From assembly GCA_002686365.1 (NCBI GenBank), contig NZBZ01000004.1, positions 27,079 to 91,078 of the forward strand: DNA of 64,000 nucleotides, read 5' to 3'. The translations under genes and the position numbers were made by a program. The notes beneath the pieces are model-generated. The model was not told the DNA's origin, did not search any database, and was given only the letters and a program-made list of their open reading frames with translations. Below, in pieces: positions 28,404 through 37,817 of this stretch. This DNA comes from a bacterium. Lineage in GTDB: Bacteria; Patescibacteriota; Minisyncoccia; UBA6257; GWB1-50-10. How positions within the stretch are numbered: the first letter of the stretch is position 1; each line of letters opens with the position of its first letter.

Positions 28404-29654
28404 ATGACTCCACATGAAAAATTAGCAAATATATTACGTACTGATAAGGATTATATTCTGAAGATTAGCGAGAGGTTTCAGAAGGCGACAGGGAAGAAGG
28501 GCGTGATTGAGAATCTTGTAGAGGAGAATGAAAAACAGATTTCCGGACATCTGAAACGGATGGGAGTTTCTCGTGATGCAGGGCCTCAGGAGATTTTTTT
28601 GTCATTGGCAGATAAGATTGATTCTGATGAAGACAGGCTTCAAAAAGTTCTTCAGAATCCAAATGCTTCAAAGTCTGAGGATTTGGAGCGAGTACTTGCA
28701 TCAATTATAGACGTTGCTGGTAAGCACGTTGGCTTTTTTCTAAAGAAGGAGAAGGCAAGAGAATTTTTAATAAATGAGCCCCCAAAGAACGTGATGAAGT
28801 ATCTCAAGTATTCTTCGGTTGAGAAGATGCTTGCGAAAGAAGATCTTTTTGAGGTGTATAGTTCTTTGCGTTTTGTTGAGGATGAGGAGTGGATGAATAG
28901 CGTATTTTTTAAGCAGTATGAGAGTTTGAAGCCGGAAGATTTTGAGGAGCGGGAGATGAGGCTTCAGGTGTTGGATAAAAAGTGGGTGAAGGCTGCAGAT
29001 GGTTTTTTGAAACATAAGTGGCACAATATTAGCCATCTAAAGGAGATGGGCGTTGTGTTTGTTATTCCTGCAACATTTGGGATTGCTGGCGAGATTCTTC
29101 GTATGATGAGTCTCATATTCCATTACTTGAGTGAGGTGCCGTATTATTCTGATATATTTCGCGGTCTTGCAGAGAAGCCGTCATTCTCTAAAAACTTTAT
29201 CTCTCTTCTTCGCGGAGATGTTCTTGATAAAAAAATGCAGGAAGATGAGAAGTCTTTGTGGTTTGTTATTCAAAGGTATTTGGCAAAGGATGATCCAAAT
29301 GAGTGGAGATTATTTGTTCCGCATATTAATCCAGAGGCAATACACTGGTTGAGGGCAGAGGAAAATTTAATTGAGGCGGGTAAGCGGCTGGATGGCAATC
29401 ATGATGATTTGGGATTTTGGTTTCATTTGGATTGGGTCGGAGACTTTTTTAAGGATAAGAATGGAAATGATATTTTGATAAGCTTTGACTTGGTTGATGT
29501 TGTAATGAGTCTGGTTAAGAAGAAGGAGCAGATAAAGTTTTTGTATCATCATCAGGAGGCGCTGTGGAATAAGATTTTTATGGAGTATTTTGGGCGGGAG
29601 GAGTTAGTTAAACGTTCGCAGGATTATCTGCTTAAGGGGTATTTTAAGGTTTAG
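28404..29654 (+). CDS. Hypothetical protein in the sugar-metabolism cluster
   Basis: 416 aa, native codon skew; WHNISH and HINPEA motifs. Confidence 0.8.
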   Translation: MTPHEKLANILRTDKDYILKISERFQKATGKKGVIENLVEENEKQISGHLKRMGVSRDAGPQEIFLSLADKIDSDEDRLQKVLQNPNASKSEDLERVLASIIDVAGKHVGFFLKKEKAREFLINEPPKNVMKYLKYSSVEKMLAKEDLFEVYSSLRFVEDEEWMNSVFFKQYESLKPEDFEEREMRLQVLDKKWVKAADGFLKHKWHNISHLKEMGVVFVIPATFGIAGEILRMMSLIFHYLSEVPYYSDIFRGLAEKPSFSKNFISLLRGDVLDKKMQEDEKSLWFVIQRYLAKDDPNEWRLFVPHINPEAIHWLRAEENLIEAGKRLDGNHDDLGFWFHLDWVGDFFKDKNGNDILISFDLVDVVMSLVKKKEQIKFLYHHQEALWNKIFMEYFGREELVKRSQDYLLKGYFKV

Positions 29655-29659
29655 GATTT

Positions 29660-29695
29660 ATGAAGACATTACTTGAAGTAGTGCGCGATGCGGAT
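29660..29695 (+). pseudogene. Displaced duplicate of the fba N-terminus
   Basis: MKTLLEVVRDAD vs MKSLIEVLREAE. Confidence 0.75.
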
Positions 29696-29745
29696 CCCTC
29701 ACATAACAAGTTATGTAAGGGACAAGGAATACTAGATATTAATTT

Positions 29746-30606
29746 ATGAAAAGTTTAATAGAAGTATTACGGGAAGCAGAAAAGAAGCGTGTTGCGATTG
29801 GGCATTTTAACTTTTCCACGATTGCTCAGCTTCGGGCAATTGTAAGTGTTGCTCGAAAACTTGATAAGCCGATTGTGTTAGGGCTTTCTGAGGGGGAGCG
29901 TAGTTATTTTGGTCTTAAGTCCGCGGTGCATATTGTTCGGAATCTTCGGAGCGAGGGACTTCCCATTTTTCTGAACGCGGATCATACGTATAATCTTGGC
30001 GGTGTTCGAGAGGCAGCAGAGGCGGGAGTAGACTCGATTATTTTTGACGGAGCAAAGCTTTCGTATAAAGAAAACGAGAAGAAAACAAAACAGGCAGTTA
30101 AGCTTGTGAAGGATATTAATCCCGATATTTTGATAGAGGGGGAGTTGGGGTACATCGGGGAGTCATCTAAGGTTTTGGATGCAATACCGGATAAGATTGA
30201 TTTGGAGCATTTGCCGACTGTAGATCAGGCAAAATATTTTGTAGATGAGACTGGGGTGGATATGCTTGCTCCTGCAGTTGGAAATATTCATGGAATGTTT
30301 GGTAAGGCAAAGAATCCTCGTCTTCAGATTGATAGAATCCATAATATTAAAGATGCTGTGAAGATTCCTTTAGTTCTTCATGGGGGATCTGGAGTTACAG
30401 ATGAAGATTTTCAGGCTGCGATAAAGTCAGGAATAAGCCTTATTCATATTAGTACGGAGATTCGGGCTGTGTGGCGTGAAAGTTTGGAGCAGATACTTAA
30501 AAAGCATCCAAAGGAGATTGCTCCGTATAAGCTTATGTCTTCTGTTGTGCGTGACGTGGAGGGTGTTGTTGAGGAACGAGTGCGTTTGTTTTCCAAAACA
30601 TCTTAA
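29746..30606 (+). CDS. fba: Class II fructose-bisphosphate aldolase
   Basis: NADH, EGELG, GNIHG, LVLHGGSG. Confidence 0.95.
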   Translation: MKSLIEVLREAEKKRVAIGHFNFSTIAQLRAIVSVARKLDKPIVLGLSEGERSYFGLKSAVHIVRNLRSEGLPIFLNADHTYNLGGVREAAEAGVDSIIFDGAKLSYKENEKKTKQAVKLVKDINPDILIEGELGYIGESSKVLDAIPDKIDLEHLPTVDQAKYFVDETGVDMLAPAVGNIHGMFGKAKNPRLQIDRIHNIKDAVKIPLVLHGGSGVTDEDFQAAIKSGISLIHISTEIRAVWRESLEQILKKHPKEIAPYKLMSSVVRDVEGVVEERVRLFSKTS

Positions 30607-30688
30607 TTTTTGATTAGTTTTTTGTTTTTTACCGCGTCTAGTAAGGCGTTTTTTGTTTGTGTTTTTACTCTAATGTATACTTAATGTA

Positions 30689-31975
30689 ATGGCAGAAAAA
30701 AAGACAGTGCCGGCAGAGAATCAGCAGGCAGCTCCGGCTGCTCCTGTGAAGGATGCTGGAGGGCTTAGAGCTGAGATAGAGAAGCTTCTTTTAGAGAAGG
30801 AGGATATTTCTATTATTCGGCTTGTTGATGCCCTTGTTCAGTATGCGAATCTTGCGCGCGCGTCAGATATTCATATTGATCCTGATGCTAAACGTCTTCG
30901 TGTTAGGTTTCGTATTGATGGGGTGATGCATGATGAGTTTGAATTTTTGAAAGATATCCAGTCAGAGGTTATTACCCGTATTAAGGTAGTTTCCGGACTT
31001 CGTACAGATGAACATCAGGCAGCGCAGGACGGCAGGTTTCGAATGCAGGTTGAGGGAATGGGAGATATTGATGTTAGAGTTTCTATTGCTCCTACGTATT
31101 ATGGTGAGAATTGTGTGATGCGGGTTCTTGCGGGCCAGTCGGAGAGTTTTGCGGTTGAGACTTTAGGTCTTTCGCAGAGCAATTTAAAAAAAGTTCTTCA
31201 GGCAATTGGAAGGCCGTATGGGATGATTCTTGTTACTGGTCCTACTGGGTCTGGAAAGACGACTACTCTTTACTCGATTCTTCGGAGGCTGAATACTCCG
31301 GAGGTTTCTATTATTACAATTGAGGGTCCTATTGAGTATTCGATTGCAGGCATTGATCAGATTCCTGTCCATAAAGATACAAATCTTACGTTTGCCGCAG
31401 GACTTAGATTTATTTTGAGGCAGGATCCTGATGTGATTATGGTAGGGGAGATTAGGGATGAGGAGACGGCAAATATTGCGGTGAATGCCGCAATGACAGG
31501 ACATTTGCTTTTGTCTACTCTTCATACTAATGATGCGGCGACTACTCTTCCCCGGCTTTTGGATATGAAGATTGAGCCGTTTCTTATTGCTTCGACAATG
31601 AATATTGCTATAAATCAGCGTTTAGTCAGGAAGATATGCCCTGATTGCCGTAAGGAGAAGAAAATCGGCGATTTGGAGCTTTCAAATATTAAAGAGATTG
31701 TTTCTGAAGAAATTCTGCAGGGAAGGCAGTCGTTTTATGTTGGGGAGGGATGTGATTTGTGCGGAGGGTCTGGATATCGTGGGAGAATTGGAATTCATGA
31801 GGTTTTGGAGGTTAGTGAGGAGATTCGGAAGCTTATTATGCAGCGCGCTGATGCGGATCAGATAAAACAGGCGTCTGTCCGCGGAGGCATGAGGACGATA
31901 TTGGAAGATGGATTTGAGAAGGCGCTTCAGGGCATTACTACGATTGAAGAGGTTCTTAGGGTTTCACGCGAATAA
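30689..31975 (+). CDS. GspE/PilB family ATPase (short paralog, degenerate Asp box)
   Basis: GPTGSGKTT, LRQDPD, TLHTN, tetra-Cys; TIEGP in place of TIEDP. Confidence 0.9.
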   Translation: MAEKKTVPAENQQAAPAAPVKDAGGLRAEIEKLLLEKEDISIIRLVDALVQYANLARASDIHIDPDAKRLRVRFRIDGVMHDEFEFLKDIQSEVITRIKVVSGLRTDEHQAAQDGRFRMQVEGMGDIDVRVSIAPTYYGENCVMRVLAGQSESFAVETLGLSQSNLKKVLQAIGRPYGMILVTGPTGSGKTTTLYSILRRLNTPEVSIITIEGPIEYSIAGIDQIPVHKDTNLTFAAGLRFILRQDPDVIMVGEIRDEETANIAVNAAMTGHLLLSTLHTNDAATTLPRLLDMKIEPFLIASTMNIAINQRLVRKICPDCRKEKKIGDLELSNIKEIVSEEILQGRQSFYVGEGCDLCGGSGYRGRIGIHEVLEVSEEIRKLIMQRADADQIKQASVRGGMRTILEDGFEKALQGITTIEEVLRVSRE

Positions 31976-31977
31976 TT

Positions 31978-32337
31978 ATGAAGGATATTGTACTTTTTCA
32001 GTCAGTTCCATTGCAGGAGAGGATAAACTTTGCCCGTCATTTGCATCTTATGATTAAGACGGGCCTTTCTTTGGTTGATGGGCTGCGTCTGATTCAGGAT
32101 CAGACTCCATCCAAGTCTTTAAAGAGGATTGTTACGGATCTTATTAAAGAGATAAATAATGGACACTTCCTTTCTGAGGGACTTAAGCGATATCGTCGTG
32201 TATTTGGCGAGTTTTTTGTGAGTGTGGTTGAGATTGGAGAGAAGAGTGGGAATTTATCAGAAAGCTTGCTTCATCTTGCTGTTGAGCTTCAGAAGAAGAA
32301 GGAGCTGCGGCAGAGGTTCGATGTCGTCCAGCCCTAA
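31978..32337 (+). pseudogene. pilC: Truncated PilC/GspF
   Basis: FARHL..GL.L..L and GEKSGNL; similarity stops near 32315. Confidence 0.88.
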
Positions 32338-32799
32338 TCGCTCGGCGAGCTGAGAAAGCTCGTTGTCTCCAAAGAGACTGTATTCTCGCTCCCGCATGGA
32401 AAGAAGTCTGTCAAAGAAGCGGCTGGGCTTCGTATCATACTCCGCACGCTCACCAAGCTCGTCACGGATCCGCTCGCGTTCAACATCGACATTCTCAGCT
32501 GGTATTCGGCCGCGCAGCAAAAGCCGATCGAACTTCCTCTTCACGAAGCTATCGACAAACGCACTCGCGGCCAGAAGCATGAAACAGGAGGCGCCGATGT
32601 AGTCTACCCACGTATCCCCACGCGCTTGCAGTTCTTCCGGAATCGAGTAGAACCGCACCTCGTGAAACCATGCTCGAAGCCTGTCTATCCCATAGGGGAC
32701 GAGAAAGAAGATGGCGTAGATGAGGACGGGCAGACTGAGACCACACATTGTGGCTCTGATTCTCCACAATGCTTGCTTTGCACGCTCAAACTCCCCCAT
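32257..32799 (-). CDS. Orphan two-TM protein in the foreign segment, 3' end runs into pilC antisense
   Basis: SD aggagg at 32807-32812. Confidence 0.6.
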   Translation of the reverse strand: MGEFERAKQALWRIRATMCGLSLPVLIYAIFFLVPYGIDRLRAWFHEVRFYSIPEELQARGDTWVDYIGASCFMLLAASAFVDSFVKRKFDRLLLRGRIPAENVDVERERIRDELGERAEYDTKPSRFFDRLLSMREREYSLFGDNELSQLAERLGLDDIEPLPQLLLLLKLNSKMKQAF

Positions 32800-32813
32800 C
32801 TCCCGACCTCCTA

Positions 32814-32967
32814 TTGACAAAAATCTACGTATGTGTTACAGTAGATTCTTATTGTGGTAGGATGACATCTGCTCATTAAAAACTGAGGTCTCCCTCCTTC
32901 ACAGGGAGAAGCGCCGTAGCACGTTGGTTTGGGCGCTTCTCCACTGTTTGAAGAAGGGAGATAGACC
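32814..32967 (+). promoter_or_regulatory. Promoter plus long leader hairpin covering the RBS
   Basis: ttgaca-17-tacagt; stem 32887-32967 with core ggagaagcgcc/ggcgcttctcc. Confidence 0.65.
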
Positions 32968-33330
32968 GTGCTTATAGAAGTGCCTGATGACTTCGGCGAA
33001 CGTCTCATCAATCTGTTGGACAAGCTCGACGCCAAATCGTATGCGCGCATAGCAACCGCTCTGCACGCACAACGTCTACTCCGCCAGTTGAAGGTCAGCG
33101 ACGCACCCGGCTCCGTTTGCCGGAAGTGTTGGAAACAGGTTGATCCCATCGTCTGCGCGTTCACAAGAGATGACCACTCTGACGAGGCGGCGGTTTCTGT
33201 GACCGATGCTGTGGAGGAGATTCTCGACTGCATAAACTTCAGAGACGCCGCTGACACTCCAATCCGCGTGGATCTGGTCATCACGCCACAGCATGAGATC
33301 GCCGAGCCACAGCCCGGTCTTACAACGTAG
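32968..33330 (+). CDS. Orphan protein with CxxC
   Basis: GTG after gaagggag; terminator near 33359-33385. Confidence 0.65.
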   Translation: MLIEVPDDFGERLINLLDKLDAKSYARIATALHAQRLLRQLKVSDAPGSVCRKCWKQVDPIVCAFTRDDHSDEAAVSVTDAVEEILDCINFRDAADTPIRVDLVITPQHEIAEPQPGLTT

Positions 33331-33472
33331 TGTAATGCGATACGCTACCAGCGTAAACGAGCCGCCCTTTGGGTGGCTTTTCCATTCCTTCCCCACCGTC
33401 TCGTCATTACAGCCCGTCCCACTTCACGTATACTCGCCTTACCCCAAACCAGACCAACATGAGGGAAGGCAC

Positions 33473-33889
33473 ATGACTCCGAACGCCGGGCGTTCACAAC
33501 CGTCCTCAGAATCAGGCGACGTCGGATCCTCAAACGCCTTCATAGACTCTTGGTACGAGAAACTAGGGCAGCAAGTCCCCCGCCCCGTGCTGGACGACGC
33601 CCTAAACGCCATGTTTGATGGCGGCCACGAGGCCCGGATCTCCTTGTATGAGTTTCTAGATTCGGACGAATTACAGGCCAGCGAGAAAGCTGCACGCATG
33701 TGGTCGTTCTACGTCGAGTGGGCCAAAGTGCAGCGCGCTCTCAAACTCTTGCAGCTCGACAGGGCAGAAGACGCTCAGGAACTGCTAGATGATCCGCTCG
33801 TCTTTCAAGGGCGTGTGCCAGACTTACAGCTTCAGGTTGATAGCTACACCTTAGAAAGGATTTCGTTTATGGAAGTAGGTCAGTTCTAG
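33473..33889 (+). CDS. Orphan hypothetical protein
   Basis: RBS gagggaagg, ATG 33473. Confidence 0.6.
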   Translation: MTPNAGRSQPSSESGDVGSSNAFIDSWYEKLGQQVPRPVLDDALNAMFDGGHEARISLYEFLDSDELQASEKAARMWSFYVEWAKVQRALKLLQLDRAEDAQELLDDPLVFQGRVPDLQLQVDSYTLERISFMEVGQF

Positions 33890-34020
33890 CTTTTAGCTTC
33901 ATTTCCGCCAGAGGCGGATCCGCCTTGGGCGGAAGCTATTAGCTTCATTAGCTTATAGATTTTATAATAGATGTATGTTTTTGTTTTTCCTAAAAGCTAA
34001 AAGCTATAAGCTAAAAGCTG
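33886..34020. repeat. TAGCTT/AAGCTA heptamer inverted module with REP palindrome, -10 box and prepilin leader
   Basis: Similar modules at 45531-45660 and 46725-46826; ttccgccagaggcggatccgccttgggcggaa. Confidence 0.85.
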
Positions 34021-34463
34021 AAAGGGGTTTTACTCTTTTAGAGGTGCTTGTCGTGTTAGCTATTATTGCTGTGGTTGGGGCAGTGGTTTTGATGCTGATA
34101 AATCCTTCAGCACGATTTGCAAAATCGAGAAATAATGAGCGAGCTGCGGATTTGAATGTGATTTTGAATGCAGTAAGTCAGAACATTGCTGATAACAAGG
34201 GGAGTTTTTCCTGCAGTGCTGGGTACTTGCCTTCTACTTCGACGCGGATGGCTGTTGGGTTGGGAGATTATGATATTGTTCCATGTCTTTTTCCAACATA
34301 TCTTGTTGTTGTGCCTTATGATCCGAATGGGGAGGGTGTATTTTATACAAGTACTTCGAGTTATGATTCGGGTTATGACATTTTTCAGGATTCAGTTACG
34401 GGTAGGGTTATAATAGAGGCGCCGCTTGCAGAGCTTAGTGAGACGATTTCTGCGACGAGGTAG
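33975..34463 (+). CDS. Type IV pilin
   Basis: GFTLLEVLVVLAII N-methylation motif. Confidence 0.92.
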   Translation: MFLFFLKAKSYKLKAERGFTLLEVLVVLAIIAVVGAVVLMLINPSARFAKSRNNERAADLNVILNAVSQNIADNKGSFSCSAGYLPSTSTRMAVGLGDYDIVPCLFPTYLVVVPYDPNGEGVFYTSTSSYDSGYDIFQDSVTGRVIIEAPLAELSETISATR

Positions 34464-34516
34464 TTTTTCTGGTCTTCTTGTGCGCGCGGTTTTTTTGTTG
34501 TTTAATACTCATTGTT

Positions 34517-35260
34517 ATGGAAGATATAAAACATATTATTTTAGAGATTCGTGCCGGTACTGGAGGGGATGAGGCGGCTCTTTTTGCTGCAGATTTGGAG
34601 AGTATGTATCAGAAGTATGCGGAAGATAAGGAGTTGAAGTTTGTGAAACTTGATTCGAGCGCTAACTCATTGGGGGGATATAAGAGTTTTTCAGCCCGGA
34701 TTTCAGGAGAGGGAGCATATAAGGACTTTCAGCACGAATCAGGAGTTCATCGTGTTCAGAGGATTCCTGCCACAGAGAAGTCTGGACGAGTTCATACCTC
34801 AACTGCATCAGTTGCAATTTTGCCTGAGGTAGAGCCGGAGGAGATAGAGATTAATCAATCTGACTTGGAGATTTCGTTTTTTCGGTCTTCGGGTCCTGGA
34901 GGGCAGAATGTGAATAAGGTGGAGACTGCAGTGCGTATTCTGCATAAGCCGACTGGTCTTGTGGTTTCATCGCAGGCTGGTAGGGCGCAGCATGCAAATC
35001 GTGAGACTGCTTTGTCTATGCTTCGGGCAAAGCTCTATGAGGCAAAGCGTGAGCAGGAAGTAGGGTCTGTTTCAGAGCTTCGGCGGGAGCAGATTGGTTC
35101 TGCGGAGCGGGCAGAGAAGATTCGTACGTATAATATTCCGCAGGACAGGATTACAGATCATAGGATTGGGAAGAAGTGGGGTAATGCTACAAAGATTTTG
35201 GAAGGAGATTTTGGAAAGATTGTGAAGGGGTTTCAAAAGGCGGAAAAAGGTAAGAAGTAA
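34517..35260 (+). CDS. prfA: Peptide chain release factor 1, lacking the N-terminal domain
   Basis: EIRAGTGGDEA, PAT, GGQ motifs. Confidence 0.9.
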   Translation: MEDIKHIILEIRAGTGGDEAALFAADLESMYQKYAEDKELKFVKLDSSANSLGGYKSFSARISGEGAYKDFQHESGVHRVQRIPATEKSGRVHTSTASVAILPEVEPEEIEINQSDLEISFFRSSGPGGQNVNKVETAVRILHKPTGLVVSSQAGRAQHANRETALSMLRAKLYEAKREQEVGSVSELRREQIGSAERAEKIRTYNIPQDRITDHRIGKKWGNATKILEGDFGKIVKGFQKAEKGKK

Positions 35261-35289
35261 AAATCTCATCTTATAAGATGAGATTTTTT
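35259..35289. terminator. Bidirectional terminator between convergent genes
   Basis: aaaaatctcatctt-at-aagatgagattttt. Confidence 0.75.
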
Positions 35290-35290
35290 A

Positions 35291-36682
35291 CTATCCCTCC
35301 AGAATATCGATGTCGCGTTGGAATTTTTGGGCTTTTACTACAACTGGTTCTCCGTATACCCATCTATAGGTATACCATCTGCCTCCGGAGTAGTACTGGG
35401 CTGCGGCGCATCTCTCAGAGAGAATTTGAGCATCTACAATGTGTTTGTTTTCGCTCACATAGTTTCTGCAGGAGCGGGAGTTTAAGGAGTCTCTTAAATA
35501 GAGCGCTGTTGCTGAGAATGCGTCTGCATTGTTCCATGGGTTGGGCGGATTGTTTCCTGTTACTTTTTTAATTGAGGACTCATATAGTTTCCATGTAGAG
35601 GGAATGAATTGCGCTGGTCCCATTGCTCCTCCGTGATTTCCATCTCGAAGAATTGGACAGGAGACATACGCGGCGCGGGAGCTTGGATTAATATCTAGTC
35701 GTTTTAAGATGTCTTCGAAGACTGGAATGTCTTTTGAGCGCATAACAGTAGTGCCTGTTTGAGGGAGTACTTTGTCGTATCTGCACTGACCTACATTTCT
35801 GCCTAGGGCGGATTCTTGGTTTAGGATCGCTAGGATGAAGGCGGCGCGTACCCCTGTAGCTTTTTCCGCAAGTTTCGCATATTCGTATGCTTTTTCAAAT
35901 GTGAGTTCTCCGCCGCCCAGAAGCTGGAATATGCGTTTTCGGATTTCTGCCGCAGTTTCCTGTGACTCTTTTAGGAGTTTTTGGTATTTTGATTCTTCTC
36001 CCTCGGTTATTTCCAGAAGATCTTCTTTTTCGTTTTGTGTGTACTGGACATTTTTTTTCTGTCCCTGCTGGGCAGTCTTTAAATTTTTAGTGTCTTCTTT
36101 TTCGAGTACAAGCTCACTTTTTTTAGTGACTAGTTCTCCTCGGAGATTTACTATTTCCTGAAGAGCAAGGCGTAGGTTGTCTTGTACGCGCGCGATTTCG
36201 TTTATTTCTCCGAAGAAGTCTGAAATTTGTTCGTTTGCCAGAAGGATTTGGATAAGGCCCTGTCTGTCCTGTTCGTAGATTTGCTGGACAGCGCTGGCTA
36301 ATGCGTCTTTGTGGTCGTCTATTCTATTTTCAGTGTGGTTAATATTTTTTTGTGTTTCTATAATGTTCTGTCCAACTTTTTCGATTGTAATGTCAGTTGC
36401 CTGTATTTGGAGATTAAGTTTTTTAATTCTGGAGTTTAAGGAGTATATCTCGTTTTTTAGAGTTTTTCCCTGTGTTTGGTATGTTTCTACCTGCCCGCGC
36501 TGCTCTTCTATCTGTTCTTCCAATTCTTCGAGTTCACGCTCGAGTTCTTCTCTTGATCTATTGTCGTCCTCTGCTGCAATGGCTTGCTGCGCAGAAAGAT
36601 AGCTCGTTTGCGTAAAGACGATGGTTTGTATAAGTAGTATTGCTAGTATGAGGATTTTTAGTCTTTCCATCGGGTTTATCAT
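35291..36682 (-). CDS. Coiled-coil protein with lytic murein transglycosylase domain
   Basis: ILNQES, GAMGPAQFIPSTW, PWNNADA. Confidence 0.88.
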   Translation of the reverse strand: MINPMERLKILILAILLIQTIVFTQTSYLSAQQAIAAEDDNRSREELERELEELEEQIEEQRGQVETYQTQGKTLKNEIYSLNSRIKKLNLQIQATDITIEKVGQNIIETQKNINHTENRIDDHKDALASAVQQIYEQDRQGLIQILLANEQISDFFGEINEIARVQDNLRLALQEIVNLRGELVTKKSELVLEKEDTKNLKTAQQGQKKNVQYTQNEKEDLLEITEGEESKYQKLLKESQETAAEIRKRIFQLLGGGELTFEKAYEYAKLAEKATGVRAAFILAILNQESALGRNVGQCRYDKVLPQTGTTVMRSKDIPVFEDILKRLDINPSSRAAYVSCPILRDGNHGGAMGPAQFIPSTWKLYESSIKKVTGNNPPNPWNNADAFSATALYLRDSLNSRSCRNYVSENKHIVDAQILSERCAAAQYYSGGRWYTYRWVYGEPVVVKAQKFQRDIDILEG

Positions 36683-36754
36683 ATCACAAAACCCCCACGC
36701 CTATGCATAGGTGTGGGGGTGTACCTTTTTAGTTGTTGTGATTTTGGATGAGTT

Positions 36755-37486
36755 TTATTTCTTTTCTTCTTGTTTTTCTGCTTTTGCAGGCTGGCCTCCT
36801 TTATCTTCTACAGGCGTTGCTCCTTCGCCTTCCGCAGGTGTTTCTCCTTCGCCTTCTGCGGGCGCTTCTCCTTCACCTTCTGTTCCTTCTGCTCCTTCTT
36901 CACCTTCTGCTGGTTCCGGCTCTTCAATCTCTTCTTCTTTTGGTTCGGAGATTGTTGCGACTACTGTTTCAGGCTGAACGAGTACTTTTACATTTTTTGG
37001 AATTTCCAGATTGCTTACATGGAGTGTGTCTCCTGCCTCTTCCAGGCTCTCGAGGGATATTTCTATTTTATGCGGGAGATCTGCGGGCAGAGCTTCTATC
37101 TCAAGCTCTTCTGTAACTTTTACCAGAATGAGTCCAAGTTTAATTCCTGGAGCTTCACCTGTGAATTCAATGGGTATGTGAGTTTGAATTTTTTCATCCA
37201 TCCGGATTTGGTGCAGATCAACGGATAAATACTTTCCTGTTACAGGATTTTTCTGCACCTCTGCTATTAGCGTAGGGACTTTTTCTTTTCCTCCAATGGA
37301 AACTTGGATGATAGTGTGTTCCCCTGCTTCTTTGTAGACTTTGTCGAATTCTTTTTCAGAAATACTAATATGTTTATTTTTTTCTCCGTGTCCGTAGATT
37401 TCCGCAGGAATGAGCCCTTCTTTGCGGAGGGTTTTTACCTTTTTGCCAAGGACTGTGCGGGTTTGAATGTTTAGTTCAATTGCCAT
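36755..37486 (-). CDS. rplY: 50S ribosomal protein L25/Ctc
   Basis: LRKEGLIPAEIYG, acidic tail. Confidence 0.95.
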   Translation of the reverse strand: MAIELNIQTRTVLGKKVKTLRKEGLIPAEIYGHGEKNKHISISEKEFDKVYKEAGEHTIIQVSIGGKEKVPTLIAEVQKNPVTGKYLSVDLHQIRMDEKIQTHIPIEFTGEAPGIKLGLILVKVTEELEIEALPADLPHKIEISLESLEEAGDTLHVSNLEIPKNVKVLVQPETVVATISEPKEEEIEEPEPAEGEEGAEGTEGEGEAPAEGEGETPAEGEGATPVEDKGGQPAKAEKQEEKK

Positions 37487-37496
37487 ATTTGTGGAA

Positions 37497-37778
37497 TTAT
37501 TCTTTTTCCTTCTTTTCTATCTTCTTTTTAGCTCTTGTTACTTTTTTGGTTTTCTTTTTCTGTATTTTCTCTTTGTTTGCTTTTGCAGCGCGCGCTTTGA
37601 AGCGTTCAGCTCGGCCTGCTGTGTCAATTAGGGTCTGCTTGCCTGTATAGAAGGGGTGGCAGTTAGAGCAGATTTCCACCTCTAGTTTTTCTTTTGTTCC
37701 TCCAATAGTAAAAGAGTGCCCGCATGCGCAGGTTGTTTTTGCTTTAGGATAGTAGGCTGGATGTATATCTTTTTTCAT
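37497..37778 (-). CDS. rpmE: 50S ribosomal protein L31
   Basis: [21 protein letters not shown]. Confidence 0.97.
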   Translation of the reverse strand: MKKDIHPAYYPKAKTTCACGHSFTIGGTKEKLEVEICSNCHPFYTGKQTLIDTAGRAERFKARAAKANKEKIQKKKTKKVTRAKKKIEKKEKE

Positions 37779-37797
37779 AACGTACTAGATTGTAGGG

Positions 37798-37817
37798 GTT
37801 TTTAGCTTGTTTGGCAA
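37798..37817 (+). repeat. 20 bp direct repeat, left (contains the rpmE -35)
   Basis: gtttttagcttgtttggcaa, identical at 38652-38671. Confidence 0.9.

Larger units (their letters stand above)
32315..33880. mobile_element. Foreign segment replacing most of pilC (boundaries approximate)
   Basis: Loss of G/T skew, truncated genes at junction, no recombinase seen. Confidence 0.6.

Noticed and set aside
36770-36945. Repetitive ccttc tract
   Set aside because: Encodes the ordinary acidic low-complexity tail of L25/Ctc.
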